DNA from: Hydrolagus colliei
Taxonomy: Eukaryota
Direction of reading: 5' to 3'
Assembly (NCBI GenBank): GCA_035084275.1
Contig: CM068744.1
Coordinates: 83,762,001-83,826,000 of the forward strand
DNA length: 64,000 nucleotides
This document shows positions 63,600 through 64,000 of the stretch, piece by piece (position 1 is the stretch's first letter; every line of letters begins with the position of its first letter). The position numbers were made by a program, and so were the translations under genes. The notes beneath the pieces were generated by a model. The model worked only from the letters and a program-made list of their open reading frames with translations, was not told where the DNA came from and did no database searches.

Positions 63600-63860
63600 C
63601 AATAATTTTTCTTTACATTCGATATAGAGCCTTATTTTGTTGCCGATACACCTCAAAAGGCTTCACAGGAATTACTATGAAATGTAAAGACTATATTTGC
63701 AGCAACCAATTCACGCACAACAATGTCCCATGACCAAGAGTGATAGAGGAACACGATCGGCAGATTGCTTTCCCGGGGATTGTTGTTGGCCAAGACACTA
63801 GTAGAAACCTTCCTTTCTTTTTGAATATTGTCATGGAATCTTTAACATCCACCTGAACAG
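63600..63860 (-). mobile_element. Older Deu-type SINE
   Basis: CTTCACAGG...GCAACCAATTCACGCACAACAATGTCCCA...ATCTTTAACATCCACCTGAACAG. Confidence 0.7.
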
Positions 63861-64000
63861 GTGGGACCTTTTTTAATGTTTAATGTCCAGAATTAGGTAT
63901 ACACACAAGGGAAAAGGAAATGTGGGAGAGGGGATTAGGAAGAGTGGCAGCATTGAGTTGGATCAAATGGTTTGTTTCAATTCTAATGTAATTCTGGTTA

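Noticed and set aside
1-64000. CRISPR array, operon or intact autonomous element
   Set aside because: Eukaryotic intron/UTR DNA with no regularly spaced repeats and no intact transposase or full LINE ORF.

Overview
Vertebrate genomic DNA. The repeat content (L2 and CR1 LINEs, tRNA/Deu-type SINEs, a Penelope-type end) suggests a cartilaginous fish, possibly a chimaera; this is inference. The window holds the 3' part of PROX1 on the + strand: the penultimate coding exon (1609-1803), a ~40 kb last intron, the last coding exon (42013-42198) and a predicted ~7.8 kb repeat-free 3'UTR ending near AATAAA 49991. The ORF track misses both real exons; its longer ORFs are LINE remnants or noise. The rest is transposon-rich: L2/CR1 fragments, many SINE copies, TA-flanked Tc1/mariner (Tigger-like) MITEs, a hAT MITE and a nested stack at 55.7-61.5 kb. 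I see no new multi-gene system. The best leads are a candidate frameshifting cassette exon (39228-39273/39276) that would replace the PROX1 C-terminus, a CAGCAG tandem acceptor, a ~200-bp duplication in the 3'UTR, a decayed hammerhead-ribozyme motif and a CpG-rich segment of unknown origin at ~25-26 kb. Repeat boundaries are approximate unless a TSD or TIR is quoted, and family names come from recalled motifs, not database searches.
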